Source: a virus (lineage: Duplodnaviria; Caudoviricetes). Taken from it: a DNA stretch of 61,068 bases. Made by a program: the position numbers and the translations under genes. The notes below the pieces were generated by a model, which saw only the letters and a list, made by a program, of their open reading frames with translations, did no database searches and was not told where the DNA came from. This document shows positions 46,977-57,149 of the stretch, piece by piece; positions within the stretch are counted from its first letter, which is position 1; each line of letters starts with the position of its first letter. The DNA is taken from IMG/VR virus record IMGVR_UViG_3300019487_000034, positions 1 to 61,068 of that record, one strand, 5' to 3'.

Positions 46977-47099
46977 ATGAGTTTAGTCCCCGGATACATA
47001 GACCCTATTAATTGGGTACTGACCGAAGGCCCTGTACTGGATTGAGGTTTATAATCTAGTGTAAACTATAAACCGTCAACCAGCCATCGGGTAATTAGC

Positions 47100-47549
47100 T
47101 TATGGATTGCTGGAGCGTGACAAGTAATACTCTACACACCAGCGAACCCGACCAGCGGTTGCAGGCGTGGTAGCAATGGCCATGCTCAACTCGCTATAGG
47201 CGGTTGCACTGGGCTTGATCGCCGTGGCTCCCCCGGCCAGTGCCTGGGAGTTAGTGCCCGAGCTGGCAGTGAAGTCGGTAGATCCCGTCAGTGCAGTTGC
47301 ACCGGCCGATAGGGTCATATCCGTGGCCCCGGCGACCGCAGTTTGTTCATCCGTGTAGACGTTGGTGACAACGGCACCCGGGGGCAACTTCGCATTGAAG
47401 AGATAGGTGCCAACAGCTCCGCCATCGGCAGTGAAGTCCCACACGACCGTGGCAACTTGCTTGCAGAACAGGTCCATGACCGCTGCTTCACGAGCATTGG
47501 ATTGATTCTGATTGAGACGACCGGCGGGGGTACGCTTAGGAGAACGCAT
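47100..47549 (-). CDS. Putative capsid decoration protein
   Basis: Beta-rich, near capsid gene; GAGGA RBS. Confidence 0.5.
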   Translation of the reverse strand: MRSPKRTPAGRLNQNQSNAREAAVMDLFCKQVATVVWDFTADGGAVGTYLFNAKLPPGAVVTNVYTDEQTAVAGATDMTLSAGATALTGSTDFTASSGTNSQALAGGATAIKPSATAYSELSMAIATTPATAGRVRWCVEYYLSRSSNP

Positions 47550-47559
47550 GATATTATTC

Positions 47560-47826
47560 CTCAGGGTTATTCGGGGAGCTTATGCTCCGAGAGTTGGTAT
47601 ACACTACCGAGGCCCGCTCCCGCCGAGCGCAATGTAGGACGAGAGGGGCACGGAGTGCTGGGGGTTGAAACCCCAGGGGGTGGGTAGTTTCACCACATAC
47701 CCAGGTGGTCAATCCCAGCAGGATAAGCTCACCACTGACGGAGGTGACCCGTTGGGTGGGGTAAGCTCCCCCGGTCTCACCACTCAGCACTTGCTCACAA
47801 GGAGCCTGGCAGGTGACGCCAGCTTT
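47560..47826 (-). ncRNA. Structured non-coding RNA of unknown family
   Basis: AGUGCUG/CAGCACU (47785-47791 with 47654-47660) encloses several hairpins; further flanking hairpins. Confidence 0.65.
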
Positions 47827-47830
47827 CAAA

Positions 47831-48418
47831 TTAACGGGGGACGTATCGGAACGTCCAACCCTTGTTGTGCGGACATCTCCAACTAGGACGTAGGCAGTTG
47901 GCAATAGCCGATCGAGACCCTAGTCCATCTTTAGAGGCGTGACAAGCGCTTAGATACCATCGCTCCTCTCCTGTTTCCAGATTAATTGCGACAATAGGTT
48001 TACGCAGTTTCAGATTATTACGGGCCGAGACACCTGACAAGAATGCAGCTCTACCTGCCCGTCTGCCCCGCTCTTTACGTATCGCTAATGGCACACTACG
48101 AGCTAATTTACTGGCCATTGCAGAATCAAAGCCATCACCACCAATAGTAAGATTGGTTAGACGGGCCCCAATAGATCTGAAATAAGCAATGTGAAATTGT
48201 TCAGACTCATTCAGTTGATCCGCATCAGTTTCTTCTAATACCACAACCTTAGGTAAACCGGGTAATGTTCGTAACCATCTGGACTTATAATTATCCTCAG
48301 TCAACTTATGATTCATGTGATCCCGAATACGAGCTTTGAGATTTACCGTTTTACCGATATACCTCAATTCTCCCGTAACCGGGTCACACAATCCATAAAT
48401 TGTTGGAATAGTACTCAC
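47831..48418 (-). CDS. GIY-YIG homing endonuclease with NUMOD1-like C-terminus
   Basis: IYGL...YIGKT, R...H, E, NLTIGG; KPIVAINLETGE; AT-richer than neighbours. Confidence 0.85.
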   Translation of the reverse strand: MSTIPTIYGLCDPVTGELRYIGKTVNLKARIRDHMNHKLTEDNYKSRWLRTLPGLPKVVVLEETDADQLNESEQFHIAYFRSIGARLTNLTIGGDGFDSAMASKLARSVPLAIRKERGRRAGRAAFLSGVSARNNLKLRKPIVAINLETGEERWYLSACHASKDGLGSRSAIANCLRPSWRCPHNKGWTFRYVPR

Positions 48419-48425
48419 GCTACCC

Positions 48426-48434
48426 AGTATACCA
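48426..48434 (-). promoter_or_regulatory. Extended -10 promoter for leaderless GIY-YIG mRNA
   Basis: TGGTATACT 7 nt before GTG, no SD. Confidence 0.45.
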
Positions 48435-48445
48435 CAGATTCGAGA

Positions 48446-49831
48446 TTAGGCGAAATTGCGAATTCTTGCTATTGATTTCGGGTGCTTACAGATCAACACG
48501 CAGCAAGCTTGTAGGTAGCTCACGACGTTATTGACGTATTCACCACCGGTAACCTTCATGTGGAAGTCATCTCCATTCGGGGCCTTTACAGTCGTGAAGT
48601 CCGTGCCGTGGTACTCGAGGACCTTCTCACCGGCCTTCGTTTCCGGAAGGATGTAGAGACGCTTCTTATGGCAGTACTCACTGTCGTACAGTTCGATCTG
48701 GTCGTTCCGGTGAACGATACCGAAGACCTTCGTTCCACGCTTATTGTCATCCCACGAGATGAACCGGCGGTCCGTCTCACGGCTCTCAATAAGGGCAGAT
48801 TGTGTCTCAGGGGCCGAGCAAGCCATGCGCCACTTATAGCGATCCTGGCCAACTTCGATCTTGACCTTATCCATTACCTGGTTGAAGTGGCTGAGATCCA
48901 GCGCAGCCGCAGCAGCGTCAACTTCGCTAGAGCCGGTAACGCCGGTCATCGAGATGCCGTGGACGGTGCGGTTGTCATTGGCTGCCAGGGATTCCAAGCC
49001 AACCAGTGTCTCAGTGAGGGTACCGTAGTCGGTAGCCGAGGTGATGGCCGTTAGATCCGGGATCGTCGGCTGATCATACTTGTAGAACACGGAACCCGCT
49101 TGGGCACCCGTGGTAACAGTCGTGATCGTGCCAGCCGAGGCGAACGCTGCGGTGAGGCCCTGGAGGCGGACCTTACCAGTTGCCCGGTCCTTCGTGATAA
49201 CCCGCCAGTAGACCGGCTCAGTCGCCAGGTTGGTGTCGAGAGCGGTGACTGCACCGGCACTCGTGCGGAGGATGAGGATGTCCTGGTATTCGAAATAACC
49301 GGTGTGACCCCGGCTCGTGTCGCTCTCGTCGAGAGTCCACTCGAGTTGGTCGCTGTTCGGCGTAGTGACAGCGGCAGCGCCAGCGGCGACCTGACCAATG
49401 ACACCAGTACCGTCCTGCCACAGGGCTCGAGCCATCTCACGCTTCGTTGAGGACATGGAGGCCGAGAGGATCATCTGCAGAGGCTCTGCATACTTCTCGG
49501 GGCTGACTCGTGCACGCTCGTACAAGTTGTATTCCAACTCTACGGTTGCGTTCGCTTCCTTCAGCTTCGCCGTGTACTCATCAGCGGCCGGCTGGAAACC
49601 ACGGGGGAACGGGCGATTGCTCGTACCCGGGTTACGCCACTGGGTGTTCATCGGGAGGAGACCGTTCTGGAAGTAGAACCGGATTTCCCGAGGAGCATGA
49701 CCCGAGACCTTCGCCCGCTTAACCATCTCGTAGTCCCGGAAATCGGTACTGATCTGGGTGCGGACACCTTTGGAGAATGCAATCTGGAGAATTTCCCCGA
49801 GTTGCAGTGTATCAACGTTTGTAAAAGCCAT
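48446..49831 (-). CDS. Major capsid protein
   Basis: 461 aa after scaffold; ARALWQDGTG motif typical of a phage capsid family. Confidence 0.75.
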   Translation of the reverse strand: MAFTNVDTLQLGEILQIAFSKGVRTQISTDFRDYEMVKRAKVSGHAPREIRFYFQNGLLPMNTQWRNPGTSNRPFPRGFQPAADEYTAKLKEANATVELEYNLYERARVSPEKYAEPLQMILSASMSSTKREMARALWQDGTGVIGQVAAGAAAVTTPNSDQLEWTLDESDTSRGHTGYFEYQDILILRTSAGAVTALDTNLATEPVYWRVITKDRATGKVRLQGLTAAFASAGTITTVTTGAQAGSVFYKYDQPTIPDLTAITSATDYGTLTETLVGLESLAANDNRTVHGISMTGVTGSSEVDAAAAALDLSHFNQVMDKVKIEVGQDRYKWRMACSAPETQSALIESRETDRRFISWDDNKRGTKVFGIVHRNDQIELYDSEYCHKKRLYILPETKAGEKVLEYHGTDFTTVKAPNGDDFHMKVTGGEYVNNVVSYLQACCVLICKHPKSIARIRNFA

Positions 49832-49878
49832 TACTATTACTACCTAGTTAGTTCAGGCAACTAGCCACTGCGGTACCA

Positions 49879-51021
49879 TTACCGCTTGATAGCCTTCCCG
49901 TACTTCCCCCAGTTGGAGAAGAGGGACTTGAAGTCACCCTTGTTCAATAATGCGTGGGCTTCGGCTGTTGCTCCGCCCTTCTTATACGCTGCCACCGTAG
50001 ATGCCTGAGCATTCTCAGTAGCTTCTTGCTTCTTCTGGTCTACTACTGCCGCCGCTTTCTTCTCGGCCTGTACGCCGATACGCTTGCGGAGTGCTGCAGC
50101 TACCATGCGGAATTCCCTGTCCACGAGTTCCCGGGTCATGGGAGTACCCTGGTCCTCGAATGGCTTCAGACGCTTCAGTGCAGTATTCCAGAGCATCTCA
50201 TCGAACATCGCCTCGTCATCTGAGCTTCCGAGCTTCCCGTCGAATCGGTGCTTCTCGAACACCGGGTGGACAGTAGACTCCAGAGAGCGTAGTTCTGCGG
50301 TTTCCCGCTCTTCGACGATTCGCTTCTCTCGTGCCTCTGATTCGGTACGCTGCTTAGACAGCTCCCTCTCCAGTTGCTCCAGCCGCTCCTTCTGCTCCAA
50401 CTGAGCTACCTCGGCGGGACTGGCCTTCTCGAGAAACTTCGCTCGATCAATCTGCCTCTGAATGAAATCCTGCGATGCGCCTGGCTTACCTGCAATCAGG
50501 TCGATCACACCAGCTTCGCCTCGTTCGGCATATGCTGCCTCGAGTGCGTCCAGGACCCTGCGATCCTTCTGGTGAACCTCGGAGTCCCGGGTACGGGCCG
50601 CCTTCTCCTGGTCACGCTCAGCCTGCCACTTGCGAGCCCCGGCCGCTAATTCGAATTGCTTGCGAATAGCTGCTCGGTCTGAATAGTCGATCTCCAACTT
50701 CCGACGATTACCCTTGTCATCAGAGACTGTGATGGTTTCCTTGTCAGCACTGGGTGTCTTACTGGTCGTCCGTGCATTAGCATCGGTCGATGCAGCAGAG
50801 CCCTTGGAATCCTCTGTCTCTTCGGGGGTCTCCGTCTCCTGGGTCTCATTTGACTCATCAATTGAGTCATTTGCACTGACCGAGGAATCGGAATCACTAA
50901 TCACCTCGACTTCGGCAAACGCACTTTCCTGTGGTTCTGCCTCGGTCCCTCCGGCCTTTCCATCAACTACCGATCCGCCGGATTTCCCTGTTGCCATTGC
51001 ATCCAATATCAGATTTGCCAT
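49879..51021 (-). CDS. Capsid scaffolding protein
   Basis: Acidic N-terminus, coiled coil, directly upstream of capsid gene. Confidence 0.7.
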   Translation of the reverse strand: MANLILDAMATGKSGGSVVDGKAGGTEAEPQESAFAEVEVISDSDSSVSANDSIDESNETQETETPEETEDSKGSAASTDANARTTSKTPSADKETITVSDDKGNRRKLEIDYSDRAAIRKQFELAAGARKWQAERDQEKAARTRDSEVHQKDRRVLDALEAAYAERGEAGVIDLIAGKPGASQDFIQRQIDRAKFLEKASPAEVAQLEQKERLEQLERELSKQRTESEAREKRIVEERETAELRSLESTVHPVFEKHRFDGKLGSSDDEAMFDEMLWNTALKRLKPFEDQGTPMTRELVDREFRMVAAALRKRIGVQAEKKAAAVVDQKKQEATENAQASTVAAYKKGGATAEAHALLNKGDFKSLFSNWGKYGKAIKR

Positions 51022-51126
51022 GTCTCACACCTCGCCATCTGGGATTACCAGATAGGCATAACCACCGGCACAGTGACCCAGTCACCTCGTCATGAGGAGA
51101 TATGGGGTGCAGGTGGGATTGTGTAC

Positions 51127-51155
51127 AATATAATACAGGTGTTCTCAAAAGTCAA
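51127..51155 (-). promoter_or_regulatory. Sigma70-type promoter for scaffold/capsid
   Basis: TTGACT-N17-TATATT, followed by a ~100-nt multi-hairpin leader. Confidence 0.65.
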
Positions 51156-51190
51156 TAGGTATTTTCAGATACAGTGCTAACCGTTGGACA

Positions 51191-51625
51191 CTATGCGAGA
51201 AATACTCGCTTACCACTCTTGGGTGCCCGGACCTGCAGATGCACCCAGGTGGGGGTGTTAATCGGGGATTCCATGTAGAGTCCCGCTTTTGCTAGGATAT
51301 CTAGATTCCGGAGACACCATTGGATCAGCTTGCGATCCGGGTCAGCAAAGTCACAGGCCTCGCAGGTGAGGTGACAGCTAGTCTTAGATGCCCCGGGTGT
51401 CGTGCTGTTAACGGCCGCAGGCCTGTAGCCACTAGACACCCTCATCGGCTTCCCATAGAGGTCCCGTAGTAGGTTCACGGCAATGAGCAGCTTCTCCATG
51501 TTCTGCTGCATATCGGGGGTCAGGGGAGCCGCTGCGTCCCGGCCCATCAGGTACTCTTTCTCCGTAATTTTCCACTTCGACTTATCCAGCATAGGAATCC
51601 TAATAGTGGATAATATATTGCTCAA
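51191..51625 (-). CDS. Peptidase M15 endolysin
   Basis: SSGYR, SCHLTCEACDF (H..D), WVHLQ. Confidence 0.85.
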   Translation of the reverse strand: MSNILSTIRIPMLDKSKWKITEKEYLMGRDAAAPLTPDMQQNMEKLLIAVNLLRDLYGKPMRVSSGYRPAAVNSTTPGASKTSCHLTCEACDFADPDRKLIQWCLRNLDILAKAGLYMESPINTPTWVHLQVRAPKSGKRVFLA

Positions 51626-51655
51626 TAACTCAGTTATGGACCAATATATTGATCA

Positions 51656-53683
51656 TTATCCGTTGACGATGGGTGCGGGGGCCATTGGGGCTACTGGTAA
51701 TTCCCCGGGAGCGGGAGCAGGACCTGGGGGCTGCGGCTGAGCCGACATACCGCCACTCTTCTCCTGGGCTGCCTGAGTAATGCGCTGCCGGATATGCTCC
51801 TTACACAACTCTCTAGAGGTACCATCCAGATACTTAAATTCCGCAGTCATGAAGTACTCCATGGCCCAGGCGATCATATTCTCGTGGTCCTCGAACTCTT
51901 CGGGAGCAACTAGTAACTGAGAGGCGATCATCTCATCAAAGATTTCTCGCTGGCGATCCTCGGCCATTTGCAACTTATCGTACATCCCTTCCAACTCATT
52001 GAGCTTCAACATCTTGAGGGACAGCCGGGTGGGGATACCTGCCTTCTCGAACATGGGCTGCAATGCCATGATCTCCTCTCGCCGAGTCATGGGATCCAGG
52101 CTGAGGGTCACACCGTATTCGCCCACCACATCGTAGCCACCGTCGATATCCGCACCCTTGAGTGCGAGTGACTCGAACGCCTTCTCCTTGCCGAGAACCC
52201 GGATCGTCCGCTCGATAGTCCAATGCTTACGCTCGAGATCGAGAAGACCCTTGTGGAGGGATTCGACTCCGAGAACATACTTATTGAACAGGCGGCGGCG
52301 AATCATGTTACCCTGGTTTGTCGCATATTGCATCGACGCCCCGGATTGTTCTCGAGACTGCTGGCCCAGCATCGCCTCGTTCATGCCCATTACATCATTG
52401 ATGCCCTGGATCATATTGACTCGGGAGGAAGTCATCTCCGGCATTAGTTGTGGGACCTCCATGAAGAATGGGGCCTGGTTACTGTCAACCTTAGTCACAT
52501 CCCATGGGGTATTGCTGAGATCCAAATTGACCTCTGCCTGATTACTCACAACCATGCGAGCCACGCCGTGGGCACGGATGTTATCAATGTAGGCGGTATC
52601 GATCTGACCTAGAACTTCCTGGAGGGGGGCAGAATACTCGAGGGTTGACTTCCCCCAGACCGAGTTCGGAACATCGACATCGGTGAGGAGATGATAGGGG
52701 AGACGAGCCATCTGCGGAAGTTTGCGAATACGAGCTTCCTTGATCTCATCCGGATCATCGGAGTTGATTATGGCAGCGAGAGTTCCTGCCCGGGGGAACC
52801 GGAATGGCGAGGGTCTGCAGGGTTCGAGAACATCTCCCTCTGCAGTAGTAACACAGTAGCGACCGAGATAGCCGTTGGTGGGGAGACCTGTTTCCCAGTA
52901 CTCGAGAATCTCGACACAATTATAGTGTTCCTCACGATCCTTCGACGTGGACGAGTATCCCTCGTTCTCAATACGTGCCTGCTTCAATAGATCATGCTTA
53001 TCCGGCCACTTCGCACAGGCCAGCTCGTAATCCATGAAGAGACGCTCGATAATCCACTTCACACCATTGGGAGTTTCGGGAGCAATCCCAGAGGAGCGAG
53101 CATCGGGGTCGATGAATATATTCCGGGTATGCGGAATGGAGATGGATATGTCACCCTCGAGGCGCATGGTACCATCGGCCTCATTGAATTCGAGGATGTC
53201 CCCAAGAGTGGAGTCCCAGACCGTCTTCATGGCACCGAGCCCATAGGTCAGCGTGTTGAGGGTCCACTTATCTGTATTTTCCTGCAATTGATACTTGCGA
53301 ATATTGTAACGACTGACCCGGTCTGCAGCATCGGCCTTCCGAGTATCCTCTTGATCGGAGCTAGTGGGGCGCATCGCTACGGTGGGAGGATTTGCAGAGA
53401 GTTGGGAGTGGAGGAATCGAAGATTCTTGAACGTATAGGCGACATTTGTACGAGAAACGTCACCGGAGATGTCATCTCCATCGGAATATCCGGAGAGGGG
53501 ATTACCCATTGAGTCCACGAGAAGCGAGGAACCAGTAACGGAGTCGAAGCCATAGGCTGCTGCCTCGTTGCGGTCCCACTGATCAGCCAATCGACGTTGT
53601 GCCTGAGAGGCTTGACGAAATCTCTTCAGGACCTCTCGCTTAGTCTGCTCTTCCCCCCAGGGGGTTAGCTTAATACCACTCAT
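51656..53683 (-). CDS. Portal protein
   Basis: 675 aa after terminase; YGLGAMKTVWD, NIFIDPDA, WGKS motifs. Confidence 0.8.
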   Translation of the reverse strand: MSGIKLTPWGEEQTKREVLKRFRQASQAQRRLADQWDRNEAAAYGFDSVTGSSLLVDSMGNPLSGYSDGDDISGDVSRTNVAYTFKNLRFLHSQLSANPPTVAMRPTSSDQEDTRKADAADRVSRYNIRKYQLQENTDKWTLNTLTYGLGAMKTVWDSTLGDILEFNEADGTMRLEGDISISIPHTRNIFIDPDARSSGIAPETPNGVKWIIERLFMDYELACAKWPDKHDLLKQARIENEGYSSTSKDREEHYNCVEILEYWETGLPTNGYLGRYCVTTAEGDVLEPCRPSPFRFPRAGTLAAIINSDDPDEIKEARIRKLPQMARLPYHLLTDVDVPNSVWGKSTLEYSAPLQEVLGQIDTAYIDNIRAHGVARMVVSNQAEVNLDLSNTPWDVTKVDSNQAPFFMEVPQLMPEMTSSRVNMIQGINDVMGMNEAMLGQQSREQSGASMQYATNQGNMIRRRLFNKYVLGVESLHKGLLDLERKHWTIERTIRVLGKEKAFESLALKGADIDGGYDVVGEYGVTLSLDPMTRREEIMALQPMFEKAGIPTRLSLKMLKLNELEGMYDKLQMAEDRQREIFDEMIASQLLVAPEEFEDHENMIAWAMEYFMTAEFKYLDGTSRELCKEHIRQRITQAAQEKSGGMSAQPQPPGPAPAPGELPVAPMAPAPIVNG

Positions 53684-53686
53684 TTG

Positions 53687-53950
53687 TTACTCCATGTGAA
53701 ACCCATACTTAGACAGTACAGGCTTAATCATGTTACGGAGGTTCTGAACTCTCTCAGTTTGCTTCAATTTACACAGCTCTGCATATAGGCCCTTGATTGC
53801 ACGCCATTCTATGTTGGAGGAATGCCCGGAATCAATCAATTCCAGGGATTCCCGAACCTCATCTTCGATTGGACGCCTGGGACAATGCTCTTCCTCCGGA
53901 GTACGCAGTTCTCGAGGAGTTCCCATGTCAATCATTACTTGTAATTTCAT
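53687..53950 (-). CDS. Hypothetical protein
   Basis: Operon packing. Confidence 0.6.
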   Translation of the reverse strand: MKLQVMIDMGTPRELRTPEEEHCPRRPIEDEVRESLELIDSGHSSNIEWRAIKGLYAELCKLKQTERVQNLRNMIKPVLSKYGFHME

Positions 53951-53951
53951 A

Positions 53952-54095
53952 TTAGCGTCTCGATTGATGCAATTTAATCAGAGCAAACCTGAGCATAGAC
54001 TGCATTCTACGCCGTTCGGAGTAGAGACCATACCACAGAATCATCTGGATGGGGAGAAATGAGACCTGGAATGCGAGGAATGTGGTCAGATCCAC
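53952..54095 (-). CDS. Small membrane protein (47 aa)
   Basis: GTG start, MDLTTFLAFQVSFLPIQMILWYGL...; fills gap. Confidence 0.5.
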   Translation of the reverse strand: MDLTTFLAFQVSFLPIQMILWYGLYSERRRMQSMLRFALIKLHQSRR

Positions 54096-55567
54096 CCTTT
54101 TCTCCTAATTCTACTGGCCCGAAGGGGTTGCCTGGGGGTTCTCCGACGTTTAGCAACTTCTGCCTTCCGGTGCTCGAACTCTTTTCTCTTCTCATTGGCC
54201 TGGTAGAGCTGCTGCTGCCAGCCTCCGAGCTTCTGCAGAGGTTCCCAGCGGGGAATATTGTCGCAGAAGTAATGCCACTGGTCACACATGTGCTTACTGG
54301 ACGCATTTACGATGCGATCCTGCTCAGAATCGGCCCACTTGCAGCCAATAATCTGGTCGATAAACTCAGTATTGTGGGGCGGGATGAACACCCGAGTACC
54401 CAGGAGGTGCTGGGACTGCTTAATAAGCTCGCCCTTACGCTCATTCTTACGGACAACTCCCACATATCGAATTCCGAGACGAGCCGCTGTCGAGATATAC
54501 CATACCTCATGGGGGTCCGAGACTCTCCGGATGATATTATACTGTGCAGTTCTGGCCGCAACTGCCCGGACTAGCGCCTCGGGCTCGTGGATTCCGGAGA
54601 TTTCCTCCGAGTGCACGCAATACCAATGCCCTGTGGCAGGATCCTCGGCCCAGACGCCCAGACCCAGGGCACTCTTGAGGGCTGGATCTACTGATTCCAC
54701 GTGTCGCCAGGAGGTCTGATAGTTCTCTGGAACTGTACGGCAGGCAATTGAATAGTCGAAATGATATACGGCATAGGAACTGGGGGACCAGTCGCCTTCG
54801 AGACGAGTCCTGCGGACTGTCTCCGGCAGATGGCTCAGTTCAGACAGTATCTTCTCCCGCTTCTCTGGATCTGAGTAGATGGGATTATCCAACATAGAGA
54901 AGCGATACTTCCGGCCGTGTGGGGCTGCCGAAGCGTCGATGCGACGCTGGATGCGGAGATTCTCTACAAGCGGAGTGAGACTTCCGAGGAGCAACCCGGA
55001 ACGAGCCTGGAGACGACGGAGGATCTCATCGATGATCTCGTCCGTCGGAGGCATCTCATCAATCCAGGCGAGATGTGCAACGTAACTCTGCAGCCGCTCA
55101 CGAGCCACGTGGGGATTCTCTAGCGATTGGAAGACGATCCGATTCCCATTAGCCATTTCCAGACGCTGGATAATGTTTCCGATCCGGACTTCCTTGTAGG
55201 TTCCGGGGTCGAGGTAAGATCTAATCTTAGGCAGTAGAGATTCCTCAATCTGCTTCCCCGTTCGAGCAGCCACAAGTACGAGGCGAGGTTCCATTCCCCA
55301 TTCGGAGGGGTGTCGCCACGTAGGGTGAGAGTCGGTGAGGAACCAGGCCACAAGTCGGGCACAGGTTTGTGACTTTCCGGATTGGTTCCCGGCGACGATC
55401 CACTGGACGGGGATTCTACCGAACTCATCGATAACCTCTTGCTGCTTCGGGGTGGGACGAGATTCCGGGTGAATAGGATCAAAGCATTCCGCACGGGTAA
55501 TACTCTCCATGCGCCGCATTGCTGCGGCGAGGAGACGAGCATCCTGGTCCGGCGAACTCTGCAACAT
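54086..55567 (-). CDS. terL: Terminase large subunit
   Basis: Walker A GNQSGKS, Walker B AWIDE, SLTP, DNP, RLEGDW, nuclease VDPA and HMCD. Confidence 0.92.
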   Translation of the reverse strand: MLQSSPDQDARLLAAAMRRMESITRAECFDPIHPESRPTPKQQEVIDEFGRIPVQWIVAGNQSGKSQTCARLVAWFLTDSHPTWRHPSEWGMEPRLVLVAARTGKQIEESLLPKIRSYLDPGTYKEVRIGNIIQRLEMANGNRIVFQSLENPHVARERLQSYVAHLAWIDEMPPTDEIIDEILRRLQARSGLLLGSLTPLVENLRIQRRIDASAAPHGRKYRFSMLDNPIYSDPEKREKILSELSHLPETVRRTRLEGDWSPSSYAVYHFDYSIACRTVPENYQTSWRHVESVDPALKSALGLGVWAEDPATGHWYCVHSEEISGIHEPEALVRAVAARTAQYNIIRRVSDPHEVWYISTAARLGIRYVGVVRKNERKGELIKQSQHLLGTRVFIPPHNTEFIDQIIGCKWADSEQDRIVNASSKHMCDQWHYFCDNIPRWEPLQKLGGWQQQLYQANEKRKEFEHRKAEVAKRRRTPRQPLRASRIRRKGWI

Positions 55568-55578
55568 CGATTATGATC

Positions 55579-55953
55579 TCATCGTTCCTGGAGGTCCTTG
55601 ATGGAGATCAGCTCCACCGTCGAAGCTGCTGCTGTGGTAACTACCACCCGAGCCTTGCTGTACAGTGGAAGATATATCCAATCTGCAGAGTCGATATCGA
55701 GGAAGCGAAGATAGAAGTATCCACCGGCTCCGGCCGTGAGAGTAACACTCTTAGTGTCCACCCAGTTGGGACCGAAAGCCTTTTGCATCTTGGCAGATAC
55801 TGTACCAACGGTAGTACCGGTACGAATCTCGAGAGCCAACATCCTGGCTCCTCCGGCACTCACCGGAAACTCCTTAGTAACTGGCAGGTCCGCCTGAGAT
55901 GCCGGAACTGTCGTGACGATTAACTCGTCTACTGGTGCCCAACCCTGAGCCAT
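55579..55953 (-). CDS. Beta-rich putative virion protein
   Basis: AGGAG RBS; composition. Confidence 0.6.
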   Translation of the reverse strand: MAQGWAPVDELIVTTVPASQADLPVTKEFPVSAGGARMLALEIRTGTTVGTVSAKMQKAFGPNWVDTKSVTLTAGAGGYFYLRFLDIDSADWIYLPLYSKARVVVTTAAASTVELISIKDLQER

Positions 55954-56000
55954 TACACGTTACTCCTATAGAACTGTGGGTCCAAAATAGCCATTACACA

Positions 56001-56198
56001 TTACTCCTCTAAAAGGCCGTTCAACCAATCTCTAAGAGCGGTTATCTTGCCAATCTTTGCACTATTGAACTGGATGATAACATTTCCCGTATCATCTACA
56101 ACTGCAATACCATCTGCATTGAGGTCAGCGTTCGGAACTGGACGGGTATTGAGATGTTCGACAAAACTCGTTTGAAATGATTCAATTACATTAGCCAT
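56001..56198 (-). CDS. Hypothetical protein
   Basis: AGGGGA RBS. Confidence 0.55.
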   Translation of the reverse strand: MANVIESFQTSFVEHLNTRPVPNADLNADGIAVVDDTGNVIIQFNSAKIGKITALRDWLNGLLEE

Positions 56199-56205
56199 AA
56201 GTCCC

Positions 56206-56541
56206 CTATTCACCGTTCCGAATAACAGCAGAAAGATGTACAAAAATCCTCTGGACATTTATTACATCCAGATTAGCCCTCAAGAGCCTGAAGCGATTCA
56301 CTCCATCACCTGTGAAGGTCATATTACGAAAATCAAAATAAAAAACGCCATGTGATCCACGCACCGTGGTCCAGCTAGACCCATTGCCCCACTGCAAGCC
56401 ACACCAATTACCATTTGTGCATGACCCAGAAAACTCCCTCAGAATTACTTGTGATCCGTTCGGAACTATAGAAGATAATTGCATATCTGTGGTATTCGCT
56501 GCCACAGTTGAGTCGAAGGCCAATTCAATAGGTGTCGCCAT
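56206..56541 (-). CDS. Beta-rich putative virion protein
   Basis: Operon packing; AT-richer. Confidence 0.6.
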   Translation of the reverse strand: MATPIELAFDSTVAANTTDMQLSSIVPNGSQVILREFSGSCTNGNWCGLQWGNGSSWTTVRGSHGVFYFDFRNMTFTGDGVNRFRLLRANLDVINVQRIFVHLSAVIRNGE

Positions 56542-56543
56542 AT

Positions 56544-56879
56544 CTACCTGTATATTACCGTCACGTCATTACTGGTGGATCCCGAAGTAACCACAGTGAG
56601 ACCTGTGTTGAACCCCAGACTCAGCGGTCCGGTACTAAACGGTCCCGGCTGTCCCGACGAACTGAGCAACCCACCAGAAGGTGTGCCACAATCAAGTTGT
56701 ATAAGAATCGTTCCCGATCCAGCAGTATTATCATAGATTGTAATTATTCCCTCAGTAGTATTATCCCCGATGATGACTGAATGCAGAATTCCAGCACCGC
56801 TCTTCACAGTACTCGTGGTATTGCCAGTAATCCTAGCAGAGGAATTATGACTAGTTTCTAAGGATAGACTGGCACCCAT
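56544..56879 (-). CDS. Putative virion structural protein
   Basis: VKSGAGILHSV, TIYDNTAGSGT, FNTGLTVVT pattern. Confidence 0.65.
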   Translation of the reverse strand: MGASLSLETSHNSSARITGNTTSTVKSGAGILHSVIIGDNTTEGIITIYDNTAGSGTILIQLDCGTPSGGLLSSSGQPGPFSTGPLSLGFNTGLTVVTSGSTSNDVTVIYR

Positions 56880-57130
56880 TACTTCTTCTTCCGACCCTTA
56901 GTAGCGGGTAGAGGTCCTGCACTCTTCACACGGAAACCCCCAGACGAAGCAGGGGCAGCGGCTGGAGCCAACTTCCGGGCCATAGTCTGTGCTAGGTCGT
57001 GAACCCAGCGCTTCACCAATACCAACTCCTCAGCATCCTTCCCAGTCAGGTCCCATCGGCCCTTAGTGAGGAATGCAATCAGATTGGCACAGCGACGTCC
57101 ATCATCATTAGAAACATTTGATATATCCAC
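56879..57130 (-). CDS. Hypothetical protein
   Basis: GGGAGG RBS, GTG start. Confidence 0.65.
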   Translation of the reverse strand: MDISNVSNDDGRRCANLIAFLTKGRWDLTGKDAEELVLVKRWVHDLAQTMARKLAPAAAPASSGGFRVKSAGPLPATKGRKKK

Positions 57131-57149
57131 TGGAGTCCTCCCTATTGAG

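Noticed and set aside
47046-47079. Sigma70 promoter within the GGTTTATA/TATAAACC inverted repeat
   Set aside because: TTGACG has no good -10 at 17-bp spacing; too weak to call
47560-48446. Group I intron in the capsid gene carrying the GIY-YIG ORF
   Set aside because: Capsid ORF ends naturally with its own stop, and no P7 pair (GACUA/UAGUC-like) is seen in the downstream RNA
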